Assembly (NCBI RefSeq): GCF_963921235.1 | Contig: NC_086097.1 | Location: 246,452,001 to 246,516,000 of the forward strand | DNA: 64,000 bases | Reading direction: 5' to 3' | Source: Mobula hypostoma | Lineage: Eukaryota | Shown: positions 50,718 to 63,428 of the stretch, piece after piece | Numbering within the stretch: position 1 is the stretch's first letter | Layout: each line of letters begins with the position of its first letter | Made by a program: the position numbers and the translations under genes | Notes under the pieces: model-generated | The model's database searches: none | The model's input: the letters and a program-made list of their open reading frames with translations, nothing else | What the model was told of the DNA's origin: nothing

Positions 50718-51200
50718 CACGGGGTGCATGGTGGAAACCCGCATCAAGGAGTCCAGGAGGTGTATCCATTTGGGTTACCTAGAGAAATCGGCGGTAGCAG
50801 AACACTGCATTCTCAATGGCCATAGTATTGACTTTGACGGCACAAAAGTACTGTGATGTTCCAGTGGGTTTTGAGACTGCCTGGTGAAGGAAGCCATTGA
50901 AATCACACGAGAGGAAAATGATTTTAACAAAGATGAAGGTCTCGCTCTAAGTAAGAACTGGAATTCAATTGTACACAAGGTGGGATAGTGGAAATCTGAT
51001 TGGATGAGGACTAACTAATCAGGAGGGATGGACGACAGGGGTGTATATACCACTGGACTAGACATGCTTTGGCGTCAACCTTGATGAAGATGGCAGAGTT
51101 TGTCATCGGTTTATCATTGAAATGTCAGTTAAAATCAATACATGTACCCAGCTGGAAGCACAAGACGTGCTTATTTGTCATATATGCCGGGAAAGCATTG
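50718..51200 (+). mobile_element. Second Penelope-like family: GIY-YIG C-terminus plus pLTR
   Basis: Manual translation gives VETRIKE..KSAVAEHCILNGHSIDFDGTKVL*..LVKEAIEI..FNKDEG; decayed hammerhead-like core at 51077-51130. Confidence 0.75.
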
Positions 51201-52339
51201 GATCCTTCTTCAGTTTGTTTACAGCTTACAGTAACTCTTATGTAGATCTGCTAAGTATGCCCGCAGAAAAAGAATCTCAGGGATGTATGTGGTCACATGT
51301 ATGTAATCTGAAAATAAATTTTACTTTGAACTTTGGACTTCTTTGCAAGAAGTTTCTGCTGCATAGAAACAAGCCCTTTAGTTAATCCAGTCTGTGCCGA
51401 ACTATTACTTTCCGGAGACCCATCGACCTGCAGACAGACCGTAACACTCCATACCCCTCCCATTTACGTACTTATTCATATTTCTCCTAAATATCGAAAA
51501 CAAACCCACACCTACCACTTCCATTGGCAGCTCATTCCACACTCTCACCATGTGGTATGGCAAATGTTCTGCATGGGTGGGACCGCAAGAAACTAGAGTT
51601 GTGGACATCAAGGAAACCAACCCCCTCTCTATGGACTCTGTCTGTTCTTCTCACTGCCCCAGTAAAGCAGCCGGCATAATCACTCATCCAGGACATTCTC
51701 CCTTCTTCCTTCTCCCCTCTCCTAGCAGACAGAAGATACAATAGCCCAAAAGTACGAACTACCAGGCTCAGGGACAGCTTCTACCCTGTTGCTATTAGAT
51801 TCTTGAACATCTTGTACAATAACGTGTACAGATGCACGATAAGATGAATTATTGGCCTCACAATCAAACTGGTTATGATAGTGCACTTCTTGGCATTTAC
51901 ATTTCTCGGCAGCTTTTACACTTTATTTGGCATTGTTATTCTTAATGAGATACAGTGCTGAATCGGCCAATCTGACTCCTTAAGCCATGCCACCCAGCAA
52001 TCCCCCCGATTTAACCTCAGCCTAATCATGCGACAATTAATAATGACCTACCAACTAGTTCATCTTTGGACTGTGGGAGGAAACCACAGCACCCAGAGAG
52101 AATGCAGGCGGTCATGCAGAGAACATACAAACCTCATACAGGCAGTGGTGAGAATTGAACCCAGGCCGCCTATACTGTAATGCATTGTGCTAACCACTAC
52201 ACTAACACGTCTCCCCACACAGGTATTGTTTTAGCCAATTCTAGCTCAATGCTGTGTGTAATGATTTGATCTGTATGAACTGAATACAAGTGTTTCTCAC
52301 ATCCAACTACACAAACAGATGTGAGAAAAGGGTAAATGA

Positions 52340-55300
52340 TGGTGGGACGGGTGGGTAGAGAGAATGTCGAAGATGTGTGGATGGGTCGGTGGGAGACAGG
52401 ATGTCGAGGATATGTGAATGGGTGGGTGGGGGAGAGAATGTCGAGGATGTGTGGATGGGTCGGTGGGAGAGAGCATGTCAAGGATGTGTGAATGGGTGGG
52501 TGGGAGAGAGAACGTCGAGGATGTGTGGATGGATGGGTGGGTGGGAGAGAGGGTGTCGAGGATGTGTGGATGGGTGGGTGGGAGAGAGGGTGTCGAGGAT
52601 GTGTGGATGGGTGGGTGGGACAGAGGGTGTCGAGGATGTGTGGATGGGTGGGTGGGAGAGAGGACGTTGAGGATGTGTGGATGGGTGGGTGGCAGGGAGG
52701 ATGTCGAGGATGTGTGGATGGGTGGGTGGGAGAGAGGATGTCGAGAATGTGTGGATGGGTGGGTGGGGGAGAGGGTGTCGAGGATGTGTGGATGGGTGGG
52801 TGGGAGAGAGGGTGTCGAGGATGTGTGGATGGGTGGGTGGGAGAGAGGACGTCGAGGATGTGTGGGTGGCAAAGAGGATGTCGAGGATGTGTGGATGGGT
52901 GGGTGGCAGAGAGGATGTCGTGGATGTGTGGATGGGTGGGTGGGAGAGAGGATGTCGAGGATATGTGAATGGGTGGGTGGGGGAGAGAATGTCGAGGATG
53001 TGTGGATGGGTCGGTGGGAGAGAGCATGTCAAGGATGTGTGAATGGGTGGGTGGGAGAGAGAACGTCGAGGATGTGTGGATGGATGGGTGGGTGGGAGAG
53101 AGGGTGTCGAGGATGTGTGGATGGGTGGGTGGGAGAGAGGGTGTCGAGGATGTGTGGATGGGTGGGTGGGACAGAGGGTGTCGAGGATGTGTGGATGGGT
53201 GGGTGGGAGAGAGGACGTTGAGGATGTGTGGATGGGTGGGTGGCAGGGAGGATGTCGAGGATGTGTGGATGGGTGGGTGGGAGAGAGGATGTCGAGTATG
53301 TGTGGATGGGTGGGTGGGGGAGAGGGTGTCGAGGATGTGTGGATGGGTGGGTGGGAGAGAGGGTGTCAAGGATGTGTGGATGGGTGGGTGAGAGAGAGGG
53401 TGTCGAGGATGTGTGGATGGGTGGGTGGGAGAGAGGACGTCGAGGATGTGTGGGTGGCAAAGAGGATGTCGAGGATGTGTGGATGGGTGGGTGGCAGAGA
53501 GGATGTCGTGGATGTGTGGATGGGTGGGTGGGAGAGAGGATGTCGAGAATGTGTGGATGGGTGGGTGGGGGAGAGGATGTCGAGGATATGTGAATGGGTG
53601 GGTGGGGGAGAGGATGTCGAGGATTTGTGAATGGGTTGGTGGGTAGAGAGGATGTCGAGGATGTGTGGATGGGTGGGTGGGAGAGAGGATGTCGAGGATG
53701 TGTGGTTGGGTGGGTGCGAGAGAGGATGTCGAGGATGTGTGGATGGGTGGGTGGCAGAGAGGACGTCGAGGATGTGTGGATGGGTGGGTGGGAGAGAGGA
53801 TGTCGAGGATGTGTGGATGGGTGGGTGGCAGGGAGGATGTCGAGGATGTGTGGATGGGTGGGTGGGGGAGAGGACGTCGAGGATGTGTGGATGGGTGGGT
53901 GGGAGAGAGGACGTCGAGGATGTGTGGATGGGTTGGTGAGTAGAGAGGACGTCGAGGATGTGTGGATGGGTGGGTGGGGGAGAGGATGTCGAGGATATGT
54001 GAATGGGTGGGTGGGGGAGAGAATGTCGAGGATTCGTGACTGGGTTGGTGGGTAGAGAGGATGTCGAGGATGTGTGGATGGGTTGGTGAGTAGAAAGGAC
54101 GTCGAGGATGTGTGGATGGGTGGGTGGGAGAGAGGACGTCGAGGATGTGTGGATGGGTGGGTGGGGGAGAGGACGTCGAGGATGTGTGGATGGGTGGGTG
54201 GCATAGAGGACGTCGAGGATGTGTGGATGGGTGGGTGGGAGAGAGGACGTCGAGGATGTGTGGTTGGGTGGGTGGGAGAGAGGATGTTGAGGATGTGTGG
54301 GTGGGAGAGAGGATGTCAAGAATGTGTGGATGGGTGGGTGGGGGAGAGGACGTCGAGGATGTGTGGATGGGTGGGTTCTGGAGAGGACGTCGAGGATGTG
54401 TGGATGGGTGGGTGGGGGAGAGGATGTCGAGAATGTGTGGATGGGTGGGTGGGGGAGAGGACGTCGAGGATGTGTGGATGGGTGGGTGGGGGAGAGGATG
54501 TCGAGGATGTGTGGATGGGTGGGTGGGGGACAGGATGTCGAGGATATGTGAATGGGTGGGTGGGGGAGAGGATGTCGAGGATTTGTGAATGGGTCGGCGG
54601 GTAGAGAGGATGTCGAGGATGTGTGGATGGGTGGGTGGGAGAGAGGATGTCGAGGATGTGTGGTTGGGTGGGTGCGAGAGAGGATGTCGAGGATGTGTGG
54701 ATGGGTGGGTGGGGGAGAGAGGGTGTCGAGGATGTGTGGATGGGTGGGTGGGGGAGAGGGTGTCGAGGATGTGTGGATGGGTGGGTGGGGGAGAGAATGT
54801 CGAGGATGTGTGGATGGGTGGATGGGGGAGAGGATGTCGAGGATGTGTGGATGGGTGGGTGGGAGAGAGGACGTCGAGGATGTGTGGATGGGTGGGTGGG
54901 GGAGAGGGTGTCGAGGATGTGTGGATGGGTGGGTGGGGGAGAGAATGTCGAGGATGTGTGGATGGGTGGATGGGGGAGAGAATGTCGAGGATGTGTGGAT
55001 GGGTGGGTGGGAGAGAGGACGTCGAGGATGTGTGGATGGGTTGGTGAGTAGAGAGGACGTCGAGGATGTGTGGATGGGTGGGTGGGAGAGAGGACGTCGA
55101 GGATGTGTGGATGGGTGGGTGGGGGAGAGGACGTCGAGAATGTCAAGGATGTGTGGATGGGTTGGTGGGTAGAGAGGATGTCGAGGATGTGTGGATGGGT
55201 TGGTGAGTAGAAAGGACGTCGAGGATGTGTGGATGGGTGGGTGGGAGAGAGGACGTCAAGGATGTGTGGATGGGTGGGTGGGGGAGAGGACGTCGAGGAT

Positions 55301-57428
55301 GTGTGGATGGGTGGGTGGCAGAGAGGACGTCGAGGATGTGTGGATGGGTGGGTGGGAGAGAGGACATCGAGGATGTGTGGATGGGTGCGTGGGAGAGAGG
55401 ATGTCAAGGATGTGTGGATGGGTGGGTGGGAGAGAGGACGTCGAGGATGTGTGGATGGGTGGGTGGGGGAGAGGACGTCGAGGATGTGTGGATGGGTGGG
55501 TGGGGGAGAGGACGTCGAGGATGTGTGGATGGGTGGGTGGGGGAGAGGGTGTCGAGGATGTGTGGATGGGTGGGTGGGGAAGACGATGTCGAGGATGTGT
55601 GGATGGGTTGGTGAGTAGAGAGGATGTCGAGGATGTGTGGATGTGTGGGTGGGAGAGAGGACGTCGAGGATGTGTGGATGGGTGTGTGGGAGAGAGGACG
55701 TCGGGGATGTGTGGATGGGTGTGTGGGAGAGAGGACGTCGGGGATGTGTGGATGGGTGGGTGGGGGAGAGGATGTCGAGGATGTGTGGATGGGTGGGTGG
55801 GGGAGAGGACGTCGAGGATGTGTGGATGGGTGGGTGGCAGAGAGGACGTCGAGGATGTGTGGATGGGTGGGTGGGAGAGAGGACATCGAGGATGTGTGGA
55901 TGGATGGGTGGCAGAGAGGATGTCGAGGATGTGTGGTTGGGTGGGTGCGAGAGAGGATGTCGAGGATGTGTGGATGGGTGGGTGGGGGAGAGAGGGTGTC
56001 GAGGATGTGTGGATGGGTGGGTGGGGGAGAGGGTGTCGAGGATGTGTGGATGGGTGGGTGGGGGAGAGAATGTCGAGGATGTGTGGATGGGTGGATGGGG
56101 GAGAGGATGTCGAGGATGTGTGGATGGGTGGGTGGGAGAGAGGACGTCGAGGATGTGTGGATGGGTGGGTGGGGGAGAGGGTGTCGAGGATGTGTGGTTG
56201 GGTGGGTGGGGGAGAGAATGTCGAGGATGTGTGGATGGGTGGATGGGGGAGAGAATGTCGAGGATGTGTGGATGGGTGGGTGGGAGAGAGGACGTCGAGG
56301 ATGTGTGGATGGGTTGGTGAGTAGAGAGGACGTCGAGGATGTGTGGATGGGTGGGTGGGAGAGAGGACGTCGAGGATGTGTGGATGGGTGGGTGGGGGAG
56401 AGGACGTCGAGAATGTCAAGGATGTGTGGATGGGTTGGTGGGTAGAGAGGATGTCGAGGATGTGTGGATGGGTTGGTGAGTAGAAAGGACGTCGAGGATG
56501 TGTGGATGGGTGGGTGGGAGAGAGGACGTCAAGGATGTGTGGATGGGTGGGTGGGGGAGAGGACGTCGAGGATGTGTGGATGGGTGGGTGGCAGAGAGGA
56601 CGTCGAGGATGTGTGGATGGGTGGGTGGGAGAGAGGACATCGAGGATGTGTGGATGGGTGCGTGGGAGAGAGGATGTCAAGGATGTGTGGATGGGTGGGT
56701 GGGAGAGAGGACGTCGAGAATGTGTGGATGGGTGGGTGGGGGAGAGGACGTCGAGGATGTGTGGATGGGTGGGTGGGGGAGAGGACGTCGAGGATGTGTG
56801 GATGGGTGGGTGGGGGAGAGGGTGTCGAGGATGTGTGGATGGGTGGGTGGGGGAGACGATGTCGAGGATGTGTGGATGGGTTGGTGAGTAGAGAGGATGT
56901 CGAGGATGTGTGGATGTGTGGGTGGGAGAGAGGACGTCGAGGATGTGTGGATGGGTGTGTGGGAGAGAGGACGTCGGGGATGTGTGGATGGGTGTGTGGG
57001 AGAGAGGACGTCGGGGATGTGTGGATGGGTGGGTGGGGGAGAGGATGTCGAGGATGTGTGGATGGGTGGGTGGGGGAGAGGACGTCGAGGATGTGTGGAT
57101 GGGTGGGTGGCAGAGAGGACGTCGAGGATGTGTGGATGGGTGGGTGGGAGAGAGGACATCGAGGATGTGTGGATGGATGGGTGGCAGAGAGGATGTCGAG
57201 GATGTGTGGATGGGTGGGTGGGAGAGAGGATGTCGAGGATGTGTGGATGGGTGGGTGGGAGAGAAGACGTCGAGGATGTGTGGATGGGTGGATGGGGGAG
57301 AGGACGTCGAGGATGTGTGGATGGGTGGGTGGGGGAGAGGACATCGAGCATGTGTGGATGGGTGGGTGGGGGAGAGGACGTCGAGCATGTGTGGATGGGT
57401 GGGTGGGGGAGAGGATGTCGAGAATGTA
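52340..57428. repeat. 37-bp G-rich satellite, about 137 units, with higher-order duplications
   Basis: Unit GGATGTGTGGATGGGTGGGTGGGAGAGAGGATGTCGA; variant blocks recur at 551-bp and 1273-bp offsets. Confidence 0.98.
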
Positions 57429-58359
57429 TGGTAAGGGACAATAATATCACAGTAATTTAAGCAGCACTTGCATACTTACAGTGAGGGGCGGGACTTGGAA
57501 GGATATTGACAAACCGGAGGAAATTGGGGCTAGTATGGTTGGCATATACTGTTTGGGCCAAGTGGCCTGTATCTGTACTGTACTGCTCTATTACGCTAAA
57601 TATGGTTGTGTATCAGTAGTAGCAACATAGATAACGAGGGATAATTAAATCTCAGGGTCTAAGGGTGGGAAATCATGGGGAAAGATGCTTTGGATCCATG
57701 GTATGGGATGTGAGATTTGGGCTCATGCGTTCATTATGTGCTGTGTCATATGACGTGGGCAACCATGGAAAATTTAAGAGACTACTAGACAAGTATATGG
57801 AGGAATTTAAGGTGGGGGTTATATGGGAGGCAGGGTTTGAGGGTCGGCACAACAATGTGGGCCGAAGGGCCTGTATTGTGCTGTACTATTCTATGTTCTA
57901 TGATATTTCTTACCAAATATTTCTGCAGAAGTGGTTTGCCATTGCCTTCTTCTGAGAAGTGTCTTTATAAGATGGGTGAACCCAGCCATGATCAATACTC
58001 TTCAGAGATTGTCTGCCTGGTGTCAGTTGTCGCATTACCAGGACTTGTGATATGCAACACACACAAAATGCTGGAGGAACTCAGCAGACCAGGCAGTATC
58101 TATGGAAAAGAGTACAGTTGACATTTCAGACCGAGACACTTTGGCAGGACTGGTATGCACCAGTTGTTCAAATGACCATCCATCACCTGCTCCAATGGCT
58201 TCTCTTGACCCTAATTGTTGGGATAAGCAGGTGCTACACCTTGTCCAAGGGTGACCTGCAGGCTAGTGGAGGGAAGGAATCAGAATCAGAATCAGATTTA
58301 TTATCACCGCCATGTGACGTGAAAATTGTTAACATAGCAGCAGCAGTTCAATGCAATGC

Positions 58360-58830
58360 AACAGGTCCAGATGGTCTGCATCCTAGGGTACTGAAGGAGG
58401 TGGCTCTGGAAACTGCGGTTGCATTGGTGATCATTTTCCAATGTTCCTTAGATTCAGGATCAGTTCCTGAGGATTGGCGAATGGCTAATATTATCCCACT
58501 TTTTAAGAAAGGTGGGAGGGAGAAAACAGAGAACTATCACCCTGTTAGCCTAACATCAGTAGTGGGGAAGATGCTAGAGTCCATTATTAAAGATGAAATA
58601 GCGGCATATCTTGATAGCAGTGATAGGATTGGGCCGAGCCAGCATGGATTGACCAAGGGCAAATCATGCTTGACTAATCTATTGGAGTTTTTCGAGGATG
58701 TAACCAGGAAGATAGACGCGGGAGATCCAGTGGATGTGGTGTACCTTGACTTTCAGAAGGCATTTGATAAGGTACCACATAGAAGATTGGTGGGTAAAAT
58801 CAGAGCTCATGGCATTAGGGGGAGGATATT
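58360..58830 (+). mobile_element. CR1 RT fragment
   Basis: GPDGLHPRVLKE..YLDFQKAFDKVPH. Confidence 0.9.
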
Positions 58831-58849
58831 GCCATTGACCCTAACGTGC

Positions 58850-59455
58850 AGAACTAGACTGAGAAGTGGCAGATTGAGTTCAATCGGGAAAAGCGTGAAA
58901 TGATTCACTTTGGAAAATTGAACTTGAAGGTAGAATATGGGGTCAATGGCAGGATTCTTAGGAGTTTGGAGGAACAGAGGGATCTTGGGGTCCATGTCCA
59001 CAGATCCCTCAAAGCTGCCATGTAGGTTGATAGGCTACTTAAGAAAACCTTCATTTGTTGGTGGACTTAGTTCAAGAGCCTTGAGGTAATGGTGCAGCTC
59101 TGTAAAACCCTACTTCGACCACACTTGATAATAGTGTGGTCAGTACTGGGCACTTCTTTATAGGAAGAACATGGAAACATTAGAGAGGCTGCAGAGGAGA
59201 TTTACCAGGATGCTGCATGGATTACAGAGCATGTCTAAAGAGGATAGTATTGTCACTGCCTGACCTGTCGAGTTCCTCTTGCATTTTATGACCGTTACTC
59301 TGGATTTCCAGCATCTGCTGAATCTCTTGTGTTCTTATTTTAGCCTTTTATTGTTATTTATTGAAATGGCCATTGATAGGTTCAACAAGCTAGCGTTTTT
59401 CTCTTCGGAGAGAAGGAGGATGAGAGGTGACCTGATAGAGGTGTACAAGATGATA
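58850..59455 (+). mobile_element. Degenerate CR1 3' fragments
   Basis: ERRRMRGDLIEVYK peptide. Confidence 0.7.
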
Positions 59456-59487
59456 AAGTTCAAAATTCAAAGTAAATGTATTATCAG

Positions 59488-60612
59488 CATTTGAAACTCA
59501 GAACATTATCTTTTCTTGTACCTATATCAGCGAACCCCTCTTTTATTCCCTCATGTATAAATGGGGCCTTTGATGCATGGCGAGAATTAGGGATACGCAG
59601 TGTTGGAAACTTATACATACAAGGGATTTTTGCATCATTTTGGCAGCTCCAGGACAAATTCAGATTGCAAAAGAGTAATTTTTTCAGGTATGTCCAGCTA
59701 AGACACTATATAAGATCACATCTTTCTGGTTTTGAGACGGCAGAACCTGATAAATTAGATAATCATTTAAGATCATGTTTAGGGACAGAACACATCATTG
59801 CCTATCTGTATGATGCCATACAAAACAAGTGTCATACAACAATGGATAATATTAAAAAGGGGTGGGAAAAGGAGTTGGGTATAGAGATTGAGGTTATATG
59901 GAATGAGGCTTTGGAATATGTTAACTTCTGTTCCATCAATGCCAGGCATTGTTTAATACAATTTAAAATCCTACATAGACTACATTACTCAAAACTAAGG
60001 ATTCATAAAGTATTCCCAGAGGTGTCCCCAATGTGTGAGAAATGCATGCCCTCAGAGGCAAATCTGCTACATAGTTATGCTTTATGTCCCAGGATACAAG
60101 AGTATTGAAAGCAAATATCTGAGGTCCTATCGAAGGTACGAAAGGTTCAGATAATATCAGACCCCATTTTAATAATTTTTGGAACTTCTGCGAGCTCAAA
60201 TAAATTCCAGGCTACCCAGCAACAACTCCTGACCTATGGCATACTTAATGGAAAGAAACTCATACTGATGTTCTGGAAAAAGGAGGAAACTCCATCACTC
60301 AGACAATGGCTGGCTGCATTAATGGATACTCTGCATCTAGAGAGGATAAGATACGTTATCAAGAACAGACTCAAGGAATTTGAAAAAATATGGCAGCCAT
60401 TACTGTTGTATTTAGAAGAGACCTACAGCTGAGCTAAGTGTGGGGGACAGTAGGACCCAAACAGCACATACGGGAGGGGCGAGGGGAGGGGAGGGCTGGG
60501 AAGGGGAAAGGAGATGGGGTGGTAGGGTTTCCTTTGCTTTTTGCTTGTTTACTATACATACATTCATTTGATTTTCATTATGTTATTATAAGAAAGAAAA
60601 GGAAAAAGAAGC
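59488..60612 (+). mobile_element. L1-clade LINE ORF2 C-terminus with CCHC knuckle, plus 3' UTR
   Basis: FFRYVQLRH..LIQFKILHRLHYS..CEKCMPSEANLLHSYALC; A-rich end. Confidence 0.88.
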
Positions 60613-60674
60613 ATTGTACTTTAGGACATTGTCGGTTGTGGTTAAGCTGATGTTGCTTCACAATATCAGCTACT

Positions 60675-60908
60675 CAAACAGTGGTAGCTGTGTGGAACGA
60701 GCTTCCAGCAGAAGTGGTTGAGGCAGGTTCGATGTTGTCGCTTAAAGTTAAATTGGATAGCTATATGGACAGGAAAGGAATGGAGGGTTATGGGCTGAGT
60801 GCAGGTCGGTGGGACTAGGTGAGAGTAAGAGTTCGGCACGGACTAGCAGGGCCGAGATGGCCTGTTCCCGTGCTGTAATTGTCATATGGTTTTATGGTTA
60901 TATGGTTA
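60675..60908 (+). mobile_element. CR1 3' end with (TATGGTTA)-like tail
   Basis: Encodes VWNELP; 3' motif GGGCCGAGATGGCCTG. Confidence 0.75.
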
Positions 60909-60929
60909 TAAAAATATTTAAAACGAATG

Positions 60930-61215
60930 TATTATCAAAGTACATAAATATCACCATATACAACCCTGAGATTCATCTTCATACAAGCATACTCAATAAT
61001 AGAATCAATGAAAGACCGCACCAACTGGGTGTACAGCCAGTGAGCAATAAACAACAAACTGTGCAAATACAAAAAAGTAATAATACTAATAATAAATAAA
61101 TTAGCAATAAATATCGAGAACATGAGATGAAGAGTCCTTGAAAGTGAGTCCATTGGTTGTGGGAACAGTTCAGTGATGGGGCAAGTGAGACTGAGTGAAA
61201 TTATCTCCTTTAAGT
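60930..61215 (-). mobile_element. Rex1/Babar 3' UTR fragment
   Basis: Shared with 31975-32250. Confidence 0.65.
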
Positions 61216-61467
61216 GATAGGCGTGGATGAAGTGAACAGCCAGAGACTTTTTCCTTTCTCCTTGAACGGAAGTGGCTAATATGAGGGGGCATATGTTTTT
61301 TTTTAAACAAGAGTGTGTGGAATACACTGCTCTGTGTCCTGCCAAACAGTGTGAATCTGTCAAACAGATATGCACAAGGGTGGTACTTTGACAATCTAAC
61401 AGCATTTGATGTGTCCAAAAAAGACTTTACTATTCCAAATCTTAGTCCAGCATTTTTAATACCATGT

Positions 61468-61770
61468 CAGGGCAACTCCGTAGTGGTTAGTGTGACATTT
61501 TACACTGCCAGCAATTGGGATTTAATTCTGCCGCTGTCTGTAAGATGATTGTATGGGTTTACATGGGTTTCCTCCAGGTGCTCCAGTTTCCTTGCACATT
61601 CCCAAAAATAAAGACATTCAGGTTAGTAAATTGAGGGCAGGCAATGCTGGCATCAGAAGTGCGATGACACATGCAGGTTGCTCCCAACACGTCCTCGGAC
61701 TGTATTGTTTGTTGGCGCAAACAATATATTTCACTGTGTTTCAATGAACAATACATGTGGCAAATAAGAA
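61468..61770 (+). mobile_element. V-SINE
   Basis: tRNA-like head and V-domain; related head at 63638-63715. Confidence 0.7.
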
Positions 61771-61926
61771 TCAGATTTAGAATTAGGTTTAACATCACCG
61801 CCTTATGTTGTGAAATTTGTTGACCTTGCAGACAGCAGTACAATGCAATACATAATCACAGAAAAAAACTATGAATTGCAGTAAGTATATAAAGTATAAG
61901 TATGTAATGTATGTAATTGTATGTAA

Positions 61927-62433
61927 GTTCGTCCATCATTGACGTTGATGAGGACCTCGACACCATAATGACGGTGTCGAGACTAGCGCGTGATTTGGAT
62001 TTAAGTGAGGGAGAGTTGCGCAGCGTCAGCCTCACTCTCTCTTCCCAATTCCCATCTGGATCCAGTGGCAAGACAGAGTCGAGATGGCTGGAGATGGGAC
62101 TAGGCGCAGTGGATGACCAGGACATCTTCTGTGTCTTGTCCTGCTCTACACGTTCCACGACGCTTGTACAGACCGCCTTCTTGACCGTTGGACCTTCCAT
62201 TGGTCTCGTCCGCTCAATCCGCCGGAGTCTGTCTTCACATGCTGGGATAGACAACTCCCTATCTCACTGAGGGTTTGAGACCCGTCGGCTACCCTCACCT
62301 GTAGCCGGCCTGTCGAAGCCATTGCCCGGGGTGTGGCCGCTGTCGCATGCAAACAGCTACGGGGAGCCACAGGTGACAGCTGAGTGCCAGGTGGGGACCA
62401 AAGGTGGACTAACTGCCCTGAAAAGGACGCAAC
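61927..62433 (-). mobile_element. CpG-rich, probably RTE-derived non-autonomous element
   Basis: Many retained CpGs; hairpin CTCGACACC/GGTGTCGAG near the 3' end; GATTTAAGTGAGG..CAGCCTCACTCTCTC resembles RTE 3' UTRs as I recall them. Confidence 0.5.
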
Positions 62434-62469
62434 ATGTATAAGTATACAGTTAAGTTAAATAAGTAGTGT

Positions 62470-62822
62470 AAAAACAGAAATAAAAAAACAGTGAGTTAGT
62501 GTTCTGGAGTTCAGTGACCATTCAGAAACTGGATGACAGAAGGGAAGAATCATTGCATGCATCTCTTCAAGCTTCTGTACTTCCTACTTGATGGTAGCAA
62601 TGAGAACAAGGCATGTCCTGGGTTGTGGGGGTCCTTAATGATGGATGCCGCATTTCCTTGAAGATTTCCTGGGTACTAGGGAGGCTGGTGCTCATGATGG
62701 AACTGACTAAGTTTACGACTCTCTGCAGCTTACTTGGATGCTGTGTGGTAGCTCCTACCCCCACCCCGCCCTCACCACCATACCAGGCAGTGATGCAGCC
62801 AGTTAGAATGCTCTCCACAGTA
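62470..62822 (-). mobile_element. Rex1/Babar 3' fragment
   Basis: TVESILTGCITAWYG..KLQRVV. Confidence 0.8.
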
Positions 62823-62886
62823 ATCTTCATCTTTAGTCTTGTTTTTAAATAGCAACAGTGATGGATCCTGTCTGCTATTTAATGTA

Positions 62887-63428
62887 CACTCAGTGGCCAC
62901 TTTATTAGGTATACCTGTACGCTAATGCAAATATCTAATCAGCCAGTCATGTGGCAGCAACTCAGTGCATAGTGGCATGCAGACAGGGTCAAGAGGTTCA
63001 GTTATTGTACAGATCAAACATCAGAATGGGGATAAAATGGGATCTAAGTGGCTTTGATGATGGAATGATTGTTTCTGCCAGACAGGGTGGTTTGAGTATC
63101 TCAGAAACAGCTGATCACCTGAGATTTTCATGCACAGCAGTCTTTAGAGTTTACTGAAACGGTGCAAAAAACATCCAATGAGCAGCAATCCCGTGGACGA
63201 AAACGTCTCGTTATTGAGAGAGGGCAGAGGAAAATTACAAAATTGATTCAAACTAATAGGAAGGTGACAGTAACTTAAATAACCACATGTCACAACAATG
63301 GCATGCAGAAGAGCATCTCTCAACACCTATATCCATCTCTGAGGTGGATGGGCTACAACAGCAGGAGGCCATAAACAATTCAGCGGCCACCTTACACATG
63401 AGGTGCCTAATAAACTGGCAACTGAATG
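62887..63428 (+). mobile_element. Internally deleted Tc1/mariner element with both TIRs and TA TSD
   Basis: TA-CACTCAGTGGCCACTTTATTAGG ... CCTAATAAACTGGCAACTGAATG-TA; encodes MGIKWDLSGFDDGMIVSARQGGLSISETAD. Confidence 0.92.

Noticed and set aside
52197..57460. Long Pro/His/Thr-rich and Gly/Trp-rich ORFs, up to 710 aa
   Set aside because: They are read-through of a 37-bp repeat with few stop codons and are open in several frames on both strands
58052..58903. 283-aa ORF as a chimeric gene
   Set aside because: Chance in-frame run through Penelope, SINE, Rex1 tail and CR1 fragments
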